A stretch of DNA of 60,359 bases, from IMG/VR virus record IMGVR_UViG_3300007542_004333; one strand, 5' to 3'. This stretch comes from an uncultured virus (IMG/VR IMGVR_UViG_3300007542_004333). Its lineage: Duplodnaviria; Heunggongvirae; Uroviricota; Caudoviricetes. Position 1 is the stretch's first letter, and every line of letters starts with the position of its first letter. This document shows, piece after piece, positions 47,632-56,622 of this stretch. The translations under genes were made by a program, and so were the position numbers. The notes under the pieces were generated by a model, which was not told the origin of the DNA, made no database searches, and saw only the letters and a program-made list of their open reading frames with translations.

Positions 47632-50049
47632 ATGAATAGATATCTTTTTGAAATGATGTTGCGTTTAATTAACGAACAATTGGATGCTCAAGAAGGCTTA
47701 TTAACCGAGGTGGTATCTGATCTTCCTAGTCGAGTATCACTTACATTCGGTCCCAATGATGATGTGCGAGCGTCGGTAACTGCAGATGGCAACTTTAAGG
47801 AATCAACCATTGACGCTCAGCCGCGTCTCGCCCAAATCGGTCAAGTCGTCAGACAAACGGCGTCTTACAGCCCCCCCCAACGAGGACAATACGAGCAAAG
47901 GCGTGAAGCAGCATTCAACGCTTTTATGGATTATTTGAAGAAGGTTCCAGATCCCCCCAACCTTGATATCGGCGCGGGAAGAGAAAACGCTGTATTTGTG
48001 GGCAGAGTGGTTCAGAGCGGGTCGCAACAAGTTCCGTTCACACGAGATAACATCAAGAAGCTGCCAACCTGGCACCGAATTATATTTCCAATAAAATACA
48101 TCAAGCCGAAGGGATATGCCAATCATATTGGCAATCTTATCAAAATAGGCAACATGGGATCACGCCCCAAAAGAAATGCTATTATTAATAATCTTATGAA
48201 AAACGGCGGCGTAACCTATGAAGGCTGGACCTTTAAAATAGATCCTAATCATGGTCTTCTCGACATCAAGACCGACGAAGGAGATTTTAATGTAGGAGGA
48301 GTCTTAACAGTCTCTTCAGATACTGAAGATATAAACGAAAGATTCAATATAACATTTAGCGGAGGTTCAAGCGACAGCAATGTATCTGAATTGTTCGAAG
48401 GAAACTTGCTCATAGCACTTAATGGGCACACAAGCTCATTCCCGCCACAAGCAGAAAACCTTGGAATTTATCAAGTGGAAAACAAAAGGGGACAACTAAT
48501 AGATATATTTATTGGGGATCCAGGGTGGCAGAACATTGCTAATGACGTCATTGCAAATATCACAGGATCGGGTCTGGGCACGGAACTTGCTAATCATGAA
48601 CTATACGATAAACCAGGGACTGCAGACAAGCTAACTGACATTTATAAATTTTATAAAGGAATTACAAAAGGCGAAGGGGCTCCCGCTACTAGAACACCAA
48701 AAACAGACATAGCAAGTGATGATAATGATAAAACTCTAAGAATATCAGTTAAAAAGAAAGGAGCTTCACTTTTAAGTCCAGAGTTCTCCGAAACAAAAGC
48801 TTTTATGGCTATTGCTTTGGGGTTTACCCGGAACAATCAGCTTTTAAATGATCCATTATTTAATAATGTTAAAAATGCGCTTGAATCGCCGCCCCGGAGG
48901 TTCGCGCGTCGGAGGTCGGTGTCTTTGAGATCGGCGCCCTCCAGATCGGCGTCCTTGGGGCGCTGGGCGGCGGCGGGTTCCCAACCCCAGAGGATCCCGC
49001 CTCCGAGATCCGAATCCGTGGCGAAGGGCAAAAACGCTTTGAATGAGATATATGATTATATAAATATTCATACTCTAAAGATCGATTTCAAAAAAGCTTT
49101 CTTATTGGAAGCCATGACCGGAAACCACAAGTTTCCCTCTGGAAGCGTAGCTATCGCTAACAGATTATTATCTTGGGACGAAAACGGAGCAGGTTCTTAT
49201 TATGATATAAACGATTGGGTTAATAAAAACTACAACAACGTAACATTTAGAGCCAGAAGTAGAGGTCAAGGTCGATCAGTAGGGCTTGGAATAGAGCAGG
49301 GAACAGCCTCCTTACAAGAATATGCAGAAATATCAAATGAAGAAATAAATGATCGATCATTTGAAATCGCAAATGATCTTATAGACTTTTTAAATATACT
49401 CTCCGAATCAGAGCAATCAGATGTTAACACGGTCAAAAGCTTTTTTTCCAAATTCATTGATAGCATTAACTCTAAAGAAACTGGTGAGTCAAAAGAAGAT
49501 CTTGCGAGAGAAACAGCACAAAAAACCAAAGACATGCTCGGAAGAGAAACGCGAGGCAAAAAAGCGATTATAGCTGGATTGCTGGCACTCGTATTGAGTG
49601 TTGGCACCAATGTCTTTAATAATATAGAAAACATTGTTGATAATCCAGAAAATGCAATAGAAATGGTAGAAGATAATTTACAGTCGCCCGCTCCTTCAGA
49701 AGAATCCATAAAAATACCATATGAAAAAATTAATGAATTTATATTAACTGCAATAGGTTATTCATTAAAAGAAGTAGATCCAGGGTCTAATACTGTTACA
49801 ATCGGATATCCAGATGAAGAACAAGAAAGAATTCTGCAAGCAATGGTTCAAGAAATGCTCGGCTCTCCTGGGAAACCAGAAGCACCAGTTCAACAAGATA
49901 CAGAGACAGAAATTTCTGATAATGTTGTTGCTTTAGATCCAAAAGATGTTAAAAGTACTAAAGACGACGAAGAAATAGAAGTTGATGTCAAAGACGACGA
50001 ACAAGAGGAGCAAGAGGAGCAAGAGCAGAATAACACGGAGGAAACTTGA
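47632..50049 (+). CDS. 805-aa protein with possible PD-(D/E)xK nuclease-like core
   Basis: ELFEG...TPKTDI...ISVKK; hydrophobic helix and acidic tail; function inferred. Confidence 0.5.
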   Translation: MNRYLFEMMLRLINEQLDAQEGLLTEVVSDLPSRVSLTFGPNDDVRASVTADGNFKESTIDAQPRLAQIGQVVRQTASYSPPQRGQYEQRREAAFNAFMDYLKKVPDPPNLDIGAGRENAVFVGRVVQSGSQQVPFTRDNIKKLPTWHRIIFPIKYIKPKGYANHIGNLIKIGNMGSRPKRNAIINNLMKNGGVTYEGWTFKIDPNHGLLDIKTDEGDFNVGGVLTVSSDTEDINERFNITFSGGSSDSNVSELFEGNLLIALNGHTSSFPPQAENLGIYQVENKRGQLIDIFIGDPGWQNIANDVIANITGSGLGTELANHELYDKPGTADKLTDIYKFYKGITKGEGAPATRTPKTDIASDDNDKTLRISVKKKGASLLSPEFSETKAFMAIALGFTRNNQLLNDPLFNNVKNALESPPRRFARRRSVSLRSAPSRSASLGRWAAAGSQPQRIPPPRSESVAKGKNALNEIYDYINIHTLKIDFKKAFLLEAMTGNHKFPSGSVAIANRLLSWDENGAGSYYDINDWVNKNYNNVTFRARSRGQGRSVGLGIEQGTASLQEYAEISNEEINDRSFEIANDLIDFLNILSESEQSDVNTVKSFFSKFIDSINSKETGESKEDLARETAQKTKDMLGRETRGKKAIIAGLLALVLSVGTNVFNNIENIVDNPENAIEMVEDNLQSPAPSEESIKIPYEKINEFILTAIGYSLKEVDPGSNTVTIGYPDEEQERILQAMVQEMLGSPGKPEAPVQQDTETEISDNVVALDPKDVKSTKDDEEIEVDVKDDEQEEQEEQEQNNTEET
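48887..49029 (-). other. GC-rich foreign insert encoding antisense pentapeptide repeats
   Basis: 103/143 nt G+C by hand count; minus strand reads ADLEG-ADLKD-TDLRR-ANLRG. Confidence 0.8.
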
Positions 50050-50807
50050 AATCACCACTACGCTACCCAGGTGGCAAAACTCGTGCAGTAAAGCATTTAC
50101 TGCCTTACATTCCAAATAAAGATATTTGCGCTCCATTTTTAGGTGGAGGTTCATTAGAGTTAAAGTTATCTCAAACAAGAAAAGTATGGGGATACGATGC
50201 GTTTTATCCTCTTTACAACTTTTGGGATTGTTTACTGAACAACAAGCAAGAGCTTGTAGAGGCTGTTACAAGAAATCATCCAATAAACAAACAACTTTTT
50301 TCTGCTCTCAGAGAAAAACTAAAGAACTACAACAAACAAGACGGCAAGTCAATTGAAATGGCTGCTGCTTATTTTGCAGTTAATCGCTCTTCTTTCTCTG
50401 GAGCAACTTTATCTGGTGGTTATTCACAGCAAGCGGCTGATGGTCGGTTTAACGCAAACAGCATTAAGCGCTTATCTGACTTTAGCGCGCCTAACTTAAA
50501 AGTAGGCTTTAAAAGCTTTGAGGAGAGCATTAAAGACCATGAAAAAAGTTTCTTGTATCTTGACCCTCCTTATTTTTTAGAAGCCAAAAGCAAGCTATAC
50601 GGAAAGAACGGAGACATGCATGAAAACTTTGATCATGATTTGTTGCATTCGCTCTTGACAAGTAGAAAAAACTGGTTATTATGTTATAATGATTGCGATT
50701 ATGTTCGTCAGCGATATTCAAACTATGAAATAGTGCAAGCCGAATGGGCGTATGGCATGAATAAATCAAAGCAATCAAGCGAACTATTTATTATTTCAAG
50801 AGGTTAA
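50046..50807 (+). CDS. dam: Dam/D12-class N6-adenine DNA methyltransferase
   Basis: SPLRYPGGK, PFLGGGS and YLDPPY. Confidence 0.9.
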   Translation: MKSPLRYPGGKTRAVKHLLPYIPNKDICAPFLGGGSLELKLSQTRKVWGYDAFYPLYNFWDCLLNNKQELVEAVTRNHPINKQLFSALREKLKNYNKQDGKSIEMAAAYFAVNRSSFSGATLSGGYSQQAADGRFNANSIKRLSDFSAPNLKVGFKSFEESIKDHEKSFLYLDPPYFLEAKSKLYGKNGDMHENFDHDLLHSLLTSRKNWLLCYNDCDYVRQRYSNYEIVQAEWAYGMNKSKQSSELFIISRG

Positions 50808-50808
50808 A

Positions 50809-52398
50809 ATGAGTCATAACATGGTCTTCGCAAGTGAAGACAAACTACAACAAAAAGTTATTAAAGGTGCCAACATATTGGCTGATAATGTTGCTTCAAC
50901 GCTGGGACCGAGAGGAAGAACAGTTCTTCTACAAGAAAAAGGTAAAACTCCTTTTGTTAGCAAAGACGGTATTACCGTTGCTCACTTTGTTCATTTAGAC
51001 GATCCATTTGAAAACGCTGGCGCGCAGTTAATTAAACAAGCAGCAGTAGAAACAAACGGAACGGCTGGGGATGGAACCACAACATCAACAGTTCTTGCTC
51101 GCTCTATTCTTGTTGAATCGCAAAGATATATTCTTGCTGGCTCTTCTCCAACTGAACTGCAACGTGATTTACAGACAGTTGCAAATGAAGTTGTAGCAAA
51201 CCTTTCAGAGCTTACTTATCCAATCAAAAGTATTGAAGACATTAAGCACATCGCTACGATCTCTGCTAATAATGACGAGGCGATTGGTGACTTGATTTCT
51301 CTTGCTGTTGATCGAGTGGGTCAAGACGGCGCGATTACAATTGAAGAATCAAGATCTATTGAGACAAGCTTAGATGTTGTTGAGGGCTTTCGCTTTGAAG
51401 GCTCGTATGCAGCAGGAGCTTTTATTAATGACGAGCGCCGTGCTATTATGTATTATGAAGAGCCTTTGTTTTTAATTACAGATCATAAGCTTGAAAGTGT
51501 ATCTCAAGCAGATCCAAATAGTATTCTTTCAATTCTTCAGGTTGCGAATAGAACTGGACGACCAATTATTTTTATTGCTGAAGAAATTGAAGGTCAAGCG
51601 CTCGCTTCTTTAATTTACAACGCAGTCAAGCGCAAAGAAACAAATGCAGGTATTCGCGCTGCTGCAATTAAAATCTCTTGTTATGGAGAAGAGCGCAGAG
51701 CAATAATGGAAGATTTAGCGTTGTCTGTTGGTGCGACATTTATTACTCGTGAAAGTGGTATGCAATTAAAAGACGCTAAACTAGAGCACCTGGGATCCGC
51801 AAAGTCAATTGAAAGCACAATAGAAAAGATTACTATTGTTGGCGGAACTGGTGATTATGAGCGTATTGAAGAACAAATCGGTACGTTTAAAGCTTTGATT
51901 GAGCAAAGCAGCGATTTATCTTTCTGCGAAAGAATACAAGATCGCATTGTAAGGCTGTCGTCTGGTGTTGCCGTTATTAAAGTTGGCGGCTCAACAGAAG
52001 TTGAAATGATAGAAAGAAAGCATAGAATTGAAGATGCGCTTGAAGCGGTAAGATCAGCACAAGAAGAAGGAATCGTTGGTGGTGGTGGAACTGCTTTGCT
52101 ACGCGCAAGCTTGAGACTACAAGGTGACTCTGAAGCACACGCTATTATTAAGCGTGCTTGTCAAGCTCCAATCCGTAAAATGGCTGAAAACTCTGGTTTA
52201 TCTCCAGATATTATAGTTAAAGATGTTCTTGAATCTTCTGATCAAGAAGGTTGGGATTTTAAACAAAATCGCTTGTCAAACATGCTTGAGAGTGGTATTA
52301 TAGATCCAGTAAAAGTCTCAAAGACGGCTTTACTAAACGCAGTTAGCTGTGCTGGTACGCTAATCACAACTAACTACGGCATTATACAGGTAGAGTAA
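50809..52398 (+). CDS. groEL: Chaperonin GroEL
   Basis: TLGPRGR, KDGITVA, AGDGTTT, EEGIVGGGG and GIIDP. Confidence 0.95.
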   Translation: MSHNMVFASEDKLQQKVIKGANILADNVASTLGPRGRTVLLQEKGKTPFVSKDGITVAHFVHLDDPFENAGAQLIKQAAVETNGTAGDGTTTSTVLARSILVESQRYILAGSSPTELQRDLQTVANEVVANLSELTYPIKSIEDIKHIATISANNDEAIGDLISLAVDRVGQDGAITIEESRSIETSLDVVEGFRFEGSYAAGAFINDERRAIMYYEEPLFLITDHKLESVSQADPNSILSILQVANRTGRPIIFIAEEIEGQALASLIYNAVKRKETNAGIRAAAIKISCYGEERRAIMEDLALSVGATFITRESGMQLKDAKLEHLGSAKSIESTIEKITIVGGTGDYERIEEQIGTFKALIEQSSDLSFCERIQDRIVRLSSGVAVIKVGGSTEVEMIERKHRIEDALEAVRSAQEEGIVGGGGTALLRASLRLQGDSEAHAIIKRACQAPIRKMAENSGLSPDIIVKDVLESSDQEGWDFKQNRLSNMLESGIIDPVKVSKTALLNAVSCAGTLITTNYGIIQVE

Positions 52399-52399
52399 A

Positions 52400-52669
52400 A
52401 TGGAAAACTTTAAGGATGGAGATTTATTGCACATACCACAAAATGTTTGGTTATACTCTTGCGATAAGTTAAGTAATGTTCTTAAAACAGAACGTCCCAT
52501 GATCGCTATTTACATGGGAGATCGTAAAAAAGAAAACATTATTACAGATAGATTTGTTAAAAACATTTTATCGTATGGTCACAGAGAAGATCAGGTTACA
52601 ACAGTATTTGTAAATAATCAGTATTGGTTTGTGGCTAAAAAATATTGTTATTCTTTAGGAGGGGCATAA
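52400..52669 (+). CDS. Hypothetical protein
   Basis: Coupled ORF; FKDGDLL N-terminus. Confidence 0.6.
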   Translation: MENFKDGDLLHIPQNVWLYSCDKLSNVLKTERPMIAIYMGDRKKENIITDRFVKNILSYGHREDQVTTVFVNNQYWFVAKKYCYSLGGA

Positions 52670-52926
52670 TGTTAATAAGATTGACAGAAGTAAAAAACAA
52701 CAGCTTGCGAGAAGTATTTGTTAATCCTGAGCGTGTTGTGATGATTCTTGAAGATCACAGAACAAAGTCATTAAATGAAAGCGGGCTATTAGCTGAAGGG
52801 TTAGATAAGAACCATAGGTTTTCTCGATTAGTTATGGACGGCAACAGCGACGTTATTGTTGTTGGTTCTCCTGCTATGATTGAAGAAACACTTCAGCGTT
52901 CTGGCAAGCAGTTGTTAAGAGGATAA
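52669..52926 (+). CDS. FlbD-like small protein
   Basis: MLIRLTE...VFVNPERVVMI; AGGAGG RBS. Confidence 0.5.
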   Translation: MLIRLTEVKNNSLREVFVNPERVVMILEDHRTKSLNESGLLAEGLDKNHRFSRLVMDGNSDVIVVGSPAMIEETLQRSGKQLLRG

Positions 52927-52927
52927 G

Positions 52928-53227
52928 ATGAGCAGAATTAAAATCCAATATTCAATAGAGTTAGATGAACTGGAACCAGAGGTTAAACGATTGTTTAATA
53001 AAATCATAGAAGCTCATTCTCATTTATCAAACTTTAACATTGACAGAGAAATACTGACGGTTGGTGTCTTAGAGGAGATCGATGCCGCCAGACAAGAGTT
53101 AGCAAAGTTGGATGCTTTATACACTGATATTGGAGCTATTACTCAATCTTATTTAACTTATAAAGCTCAAGAAGCCGCTTATCATCAAGCCCAAAGGATG
53201 CATAATGAAAGTGCCTTTGAAGAGTAA
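52928..53227 (+). CDS. Hypothetical protein
   Basis: Coupled ORF. Confidence 0.6.
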   Translation: MSRIKIQYSIELDELEPEVKRLFNKIIEAHSHLSNFNIDREILTVGVLEEIDAARQELAKLDALYTDIGAITQSYLTYKAQEAAYHQAQRMHNESAFEE

Positions 53228-53963
53228 CACGACCTTTAAAAGCACAGCAAAATTAAAAGAACTGATTAAGCCTGCAAGCAAAATCAGTTCTTTTTTGTTG
53301 TTCGATGGGCAAACCGAAGTTTCTTTAGCCGAAGCGGGACATTTTGTAATCTCACATACAAACAAGCCTTTTATCTACGAGTTCTGGGTAAACTTACTTA
53401 CAGAGCCAAAAGTATTAGCTCAAACGGCAGATGCATTATTTCCTACGCTCGCACCAGCACAGCTAACTTATTTGCAAGAAAGCTGGACTGAATTTAAATA
53501 CCCTATTGATAGATCTGCTTTGTTTTTCTTGCTCAATAGGTGCTCTGATAGTGGTTTTGTTTCTTGTGGCAAGATCAATAAAGATCATTACAACCCTATT
53601 GCTTTGAGCTATGTCAAGAACTTTAAGATAAAAAACTTTTATCCTTACCTTGACCAAGTTGACGATCCTTTTGAAGCGATAGTCAGCGCAAAAGACGCAG
53701 ATTATATTTTACTACCAGTTGGTAATTATAGTTTCAACTTCTTTGAGCAAGGTAAAAGCAAAGGACCAGAAATGTATTCAATTAATCACAAGAAACTGTT
53801 CAGAACATTGCAACAAATAAATAAGAAATGGATCATTTTATATAAGTTCCACCCCGCACTTCTTACTATGTATAATCGTAATAGAATCTTTATGTTTGAC
53901 GCTTACGGTAAGCCAACCAAAGATAAAGCAAAGTGCGAGGAGTTAGCTATTGTCAATTTCTAA
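53205..53963 (+). CDS. Degenerate Dam-like methyltransferase paralog
   Basis: MKVPLK start and RSALFFLLNRCS parallel the Dam at 50046; FxGxG and DPPY lost. Confidence 0.55.
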   Translation: MKVPLKSNTTFKSTAKLKELIKPASKISSFLLFDGQTEVSLAEAGHFVISHTNKPFIYEFWVNLLTEPKVLAQTADALFPTLAPAQLTYLQESWTEFKYPIDRSALFFLLNRCSDSGFVSCGKINKDHYNPIALSYVKNFKIKNFYPYLDQVDDPFEAIVSAKDADYILLPVGNYSFNFFEQGKSKGPEMYSINHKKLFRTLQQINKKWIILYKFHPALLTMYNRNRIFMFDAYGKPTKDKAKCEELAIVNF

Positions 53964-54300
53964 AATATTACTTGGATGCCTTTTAATAACTTTAGGACAT
54001 GCGATAGGTTGGTTTCACATGAACTCTCAGTTTATCTGGGAATGGTGGAAAGATAAGCCTATTCTTGCATTAATTATTTTTTCTTTGCCAGCGGGTATTT
54101 TCTTTTGGTATGGGGGCAAAATAGCTTTTAATCAGATAGGAGAGTTCTGGGCTGTTCGTTTCCTTGCCTTTGCTCTTTCTTATCTTGTTTTTCCATTTTT
54201 AGCATGGCATTTCATGGGTGAAAGTTTTTTTACTCCTAAAACTATTATTTGCGTTTTGCTTTCTTTCGTGATAGTATTAATACAGGTACTATGGAGGTAA
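53950..54300 (+). CDS. Small four-helix membrane protein (DMT/SMR-like)
   Basis: Four hydrophobic segments; MGESFFTPK. Confidence 0.6.
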   Translation: MSISKILLGCLLITLGHAIGWFHMNSQFIWEWWKDKPILALIIFSLPAGIFFWYGGKIAFNQIGEFWAVRFLAFALSYLVFPFLAWHFMGESFFTPKTIICVLLSFVIVLIQVLWR

Positions 54301-54301
54301 G

Positions 54302-54664
54302 ATGAAGTACAAAGGTTTTGTAGAATGGGAAGACGCTCAAAAAATTGAAAAGCCGTGGGGCTTTGAAATTCATTGGGCATTAACAGATAAGTATTGCGGT
54401 AAATTGCTGTTTATTAAAGCAGGGCACCGACTTTCAAAACAATACCACGAGGTCAAAGAAGAAACAATCTTTGTTCTTAAAGGTCCGCTTTATCACTATG
54501 ACGAAGAAGACAAAATCACCAAGCTTGTGTCAGGCGACACAATTCACATAGCCCCTGGACAGATTCATCGCTTTGGAGCGAACGAGTGCAACGTTGAGTT
54601 AATTGAAGTGAGTACGCCAGAGTTGGATGATGTGGTCAGGCTTGAAGACGATTATTCGCGTTAA
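54302..54664 (+). CDS. Cupin (mannose-6-phosphate isomerase type II C-terminal-like)
   Basis: KPWG, LSKQYH..KEET, HRF, EVST and DVVRLEDDY. Confidence 0.88.
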   Translation: MKYKGFVEWEDAQKIEKPWGFEIHWALTDKYCGKLLFIKAGHRLSKQYHEVKEETIFVLKGPLYHYDEEDKITKLVSGDTIHIAPGQIHRFGANECNVELIEVSTPELDDVVRLEDDYSR

Positions 54665-54704
54665 TACATAAAATAGCGACTATTTATGAAATGAGGGACA
54701 TTAT

Positions 54705-55484
54705 ATGAGCATTGCTGTAGATAGTTGGTTTCGATTTATCAACGAAGTTGAAAAACTTTTAGAGCGCGATCCGATTGACTTACGAGTTTATGAAGTTATT
54801 TTGGGCGTTCTTGTTGATTTAAGAATCTCAGGGCTAGATAACCAAATTGAAAATTCAATCCGAGGAATCAGAGAAGTAACAACGGTTAAACACATCGCAG
54901 ATCGCCAAAGAAGAAAAGGCGAAGACCTTGTTTATCGCGAGTACGCAATTAAATTTGAGTTAACCGGAAGACAATCAAGAGACACTTACAGAGATTATAT
55001 TCTTGTTCCGGCTGTCAATAAAGATGTTAAAGGCGTTAAAGTTGTTGATCGTGGTCCCGTTAAGGCTGTTGAAGCCGCTCTTCTTGAGTGGGGCGGATTG
55101 GGATATGCTGCTCCTCCAGTTGACCCATACTTGCCAACAATGCAAACACCAAGAGGCTCTTTAAATGCCGTTGTCGCTGATTGGGTTGAAGGTGGCGTTC
55201 AATTGTATGATTTTCCAACAAATACAAATGAAATGCAATACCATGTCATGATGCCAGTAGAAGAGCTTTGGGATTTTTGCTCACGAGAATACAGAGGAAC
55301 AGCAACCGACTTTGATGGTCGTTACAAAAACTTCATTAAAAATGGGGCACAAATGCCTGTATACGTTGCTATTGGCAAAAATGGGAGAGTAAAGATCACG
55401 GGCAACGAAGACCTTATTTGGTTTGCTAAAAAATCAGGGCTTAAAGAGCTACCAGTATTTTTTAGTTACCAACTTCAAGTATAG
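54705..55484 (+). CDS. Two-domain protein with ParB/Srx-like C-terminus
   Basis: PVYVAIG...KITGNED...AKKSGLKELPV; late motif upstream. Confidence 0.45.
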   Translation: MSIAVDSWFRFINEVEKLLERDPIDLRVYEVILGVLVDLRISGLDNQIENSIRGIREVTTVKHIADRQRRKGEDLVYREYAIKFELTGRQSRDTYRDYILVPAVNKDVKGVKVVDRGPVKAVEAALLEWGGLGYAAPPVDPYLPTMQTPRGSLNAVVADWVEGGVQLYDFPTNTNEMQYHVMMPVEELWDFCSREYRGTATDFDGRYKNFIKNGAQMPVYVAIGKNGRVKITGNEDLIWFAKKSGLKELPVFFSYQLQV

Positions 55485-55493
55485 GGAAATAAG

Positions 55494-56240
55494 ATGAAGA
55501 TATTACGCGGCTCCCTTATGTTTGCTTTAGCGACAATACTTTCTTTTGCTTACACTTACGGCTTAGTAAAAACAACAGTACAGTTACCAGAAATTAGCGA
55601 CTTAAGGGACGCAGACAACATAAGCAACAACCTTGGTTATTATGAATCAAGAGCGGTTCGCAACTCAAGACAGAGTGTTGTTCGCGTAATGTCAGTGCAT
55701 GATGAAGGGCTGGCTTCTTCCAGCGGAACGTATTTTAAAATCAAAGGCAAGCATTATATTGTTACTGTGAGTCATGGTATTTTGGGACCATGCGACTCGA
55801 CGTACATAATCTATGGCGATACTAACTTTTCAAAATGCAGAAACATAGTCGCAAAAGATGATGAAATAGATTATGCTGTTTTTGAGGTTGATAAGTTAAA
55901 GGGAATTAATCCTATCAAACTTGCCAATATACCTATCGGACAAAAATGGAAGCAATCTTTTGCGACTTTTTCGCCGCTTTATTATACTGGTTTTCCAAAC
56001 TCCGCTGGTCCTTTAACTTTCAGCGGTAAAGTTGCTGGTTATGCAAGAGGAGATTATGTTTACATGCACTCGTATGCTTGGTCTGGCGCATCAGGGGCTG
56101 GAGTTTTTGATTATGAAGGTAATTATGTTGGATTGGTTCTTGCGATTGACGTAGGAAAAACAATGTACGGAGTCCAAGCACTTGAAGATATGGTTGTTGT
56201 TGTGCCCTCGTTTAAAATCAACTGGAAAGAAATAAAATAA
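55494..56240 (+). CDS. Membrane-anchored trypsin-like serine protease
   Basis: TVSHG, DYA and GASGAG catalytic triad motifs; N-terminal TM/signal. Confidence 0.85.
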   Translation: MKILRGSLMFALATILSFAYTYGLVKTTVQLPEISDLRDADNISNNLGYYESRAVRNSRQSVVRVMSVHDEGLASSSGTYFKIKGKHYIVTVSHGILGPCDSTYIIYGDTNFSKCRNIVAKDDEIDYAVFEVDKLKGINPIKLANIPIGQKWKQSFATFSPLYYTGFPNSAGPLTFSGKVAGYARGDYVYMHSYAWSGASGAGVFDYEGNYVGLVLAIDVGKTMYGVQALEDMVVVVPSFKINWKEIK

Positions 56241-56295
56241 AACGGTTGACAAGGCGTGTAAAAAATGAAATACTTATTAAATGGAAGGAAACCTA

Positions 56296-56622
56296 ATGAA
56301 CAACGAAACATCAACAGAACCAGAGGCGTTAAAGCCAAAGAAGCCTTCTAACCGAGCACCAGAAGGTATTCGTACTTTTACGGTTTGCCGACAGTCAGAT
56401 GAGTCTGGTGTTAGTGGAGAAGGTATTGTTATTGAAGGTGCCGTGTTTGCTACGGGTCATACTGTCATTCATTGGTTGACTCCAGCACCAAGAGGCTCTA
56501 TTGCATTTTTCGACGCTTTTGATGATTTTATAAAGATCCATGTCACTCCTCACCCTGGCAATGGAACAATCATTACTTTTGAAGATGGTGAGCAAGTTAT
56601 TTATGGTAGGCAAGAACAATGA
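56296..56622 (+). CDS. Phage hypothetical protein
   Basis: DESGVSGEGIVIEG motif; RBS present. Confidence 0.65.
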   Translation: MNNETSTEPEALKPKKPSNRAPEGIRTFTVCRQSDESGVSGEGIVIEGAVFATGHTVIHWLTPAPRGSIAFFDAFDDFIKIHVTPHPGNGTIITFEDGEQVIYGRQEQ

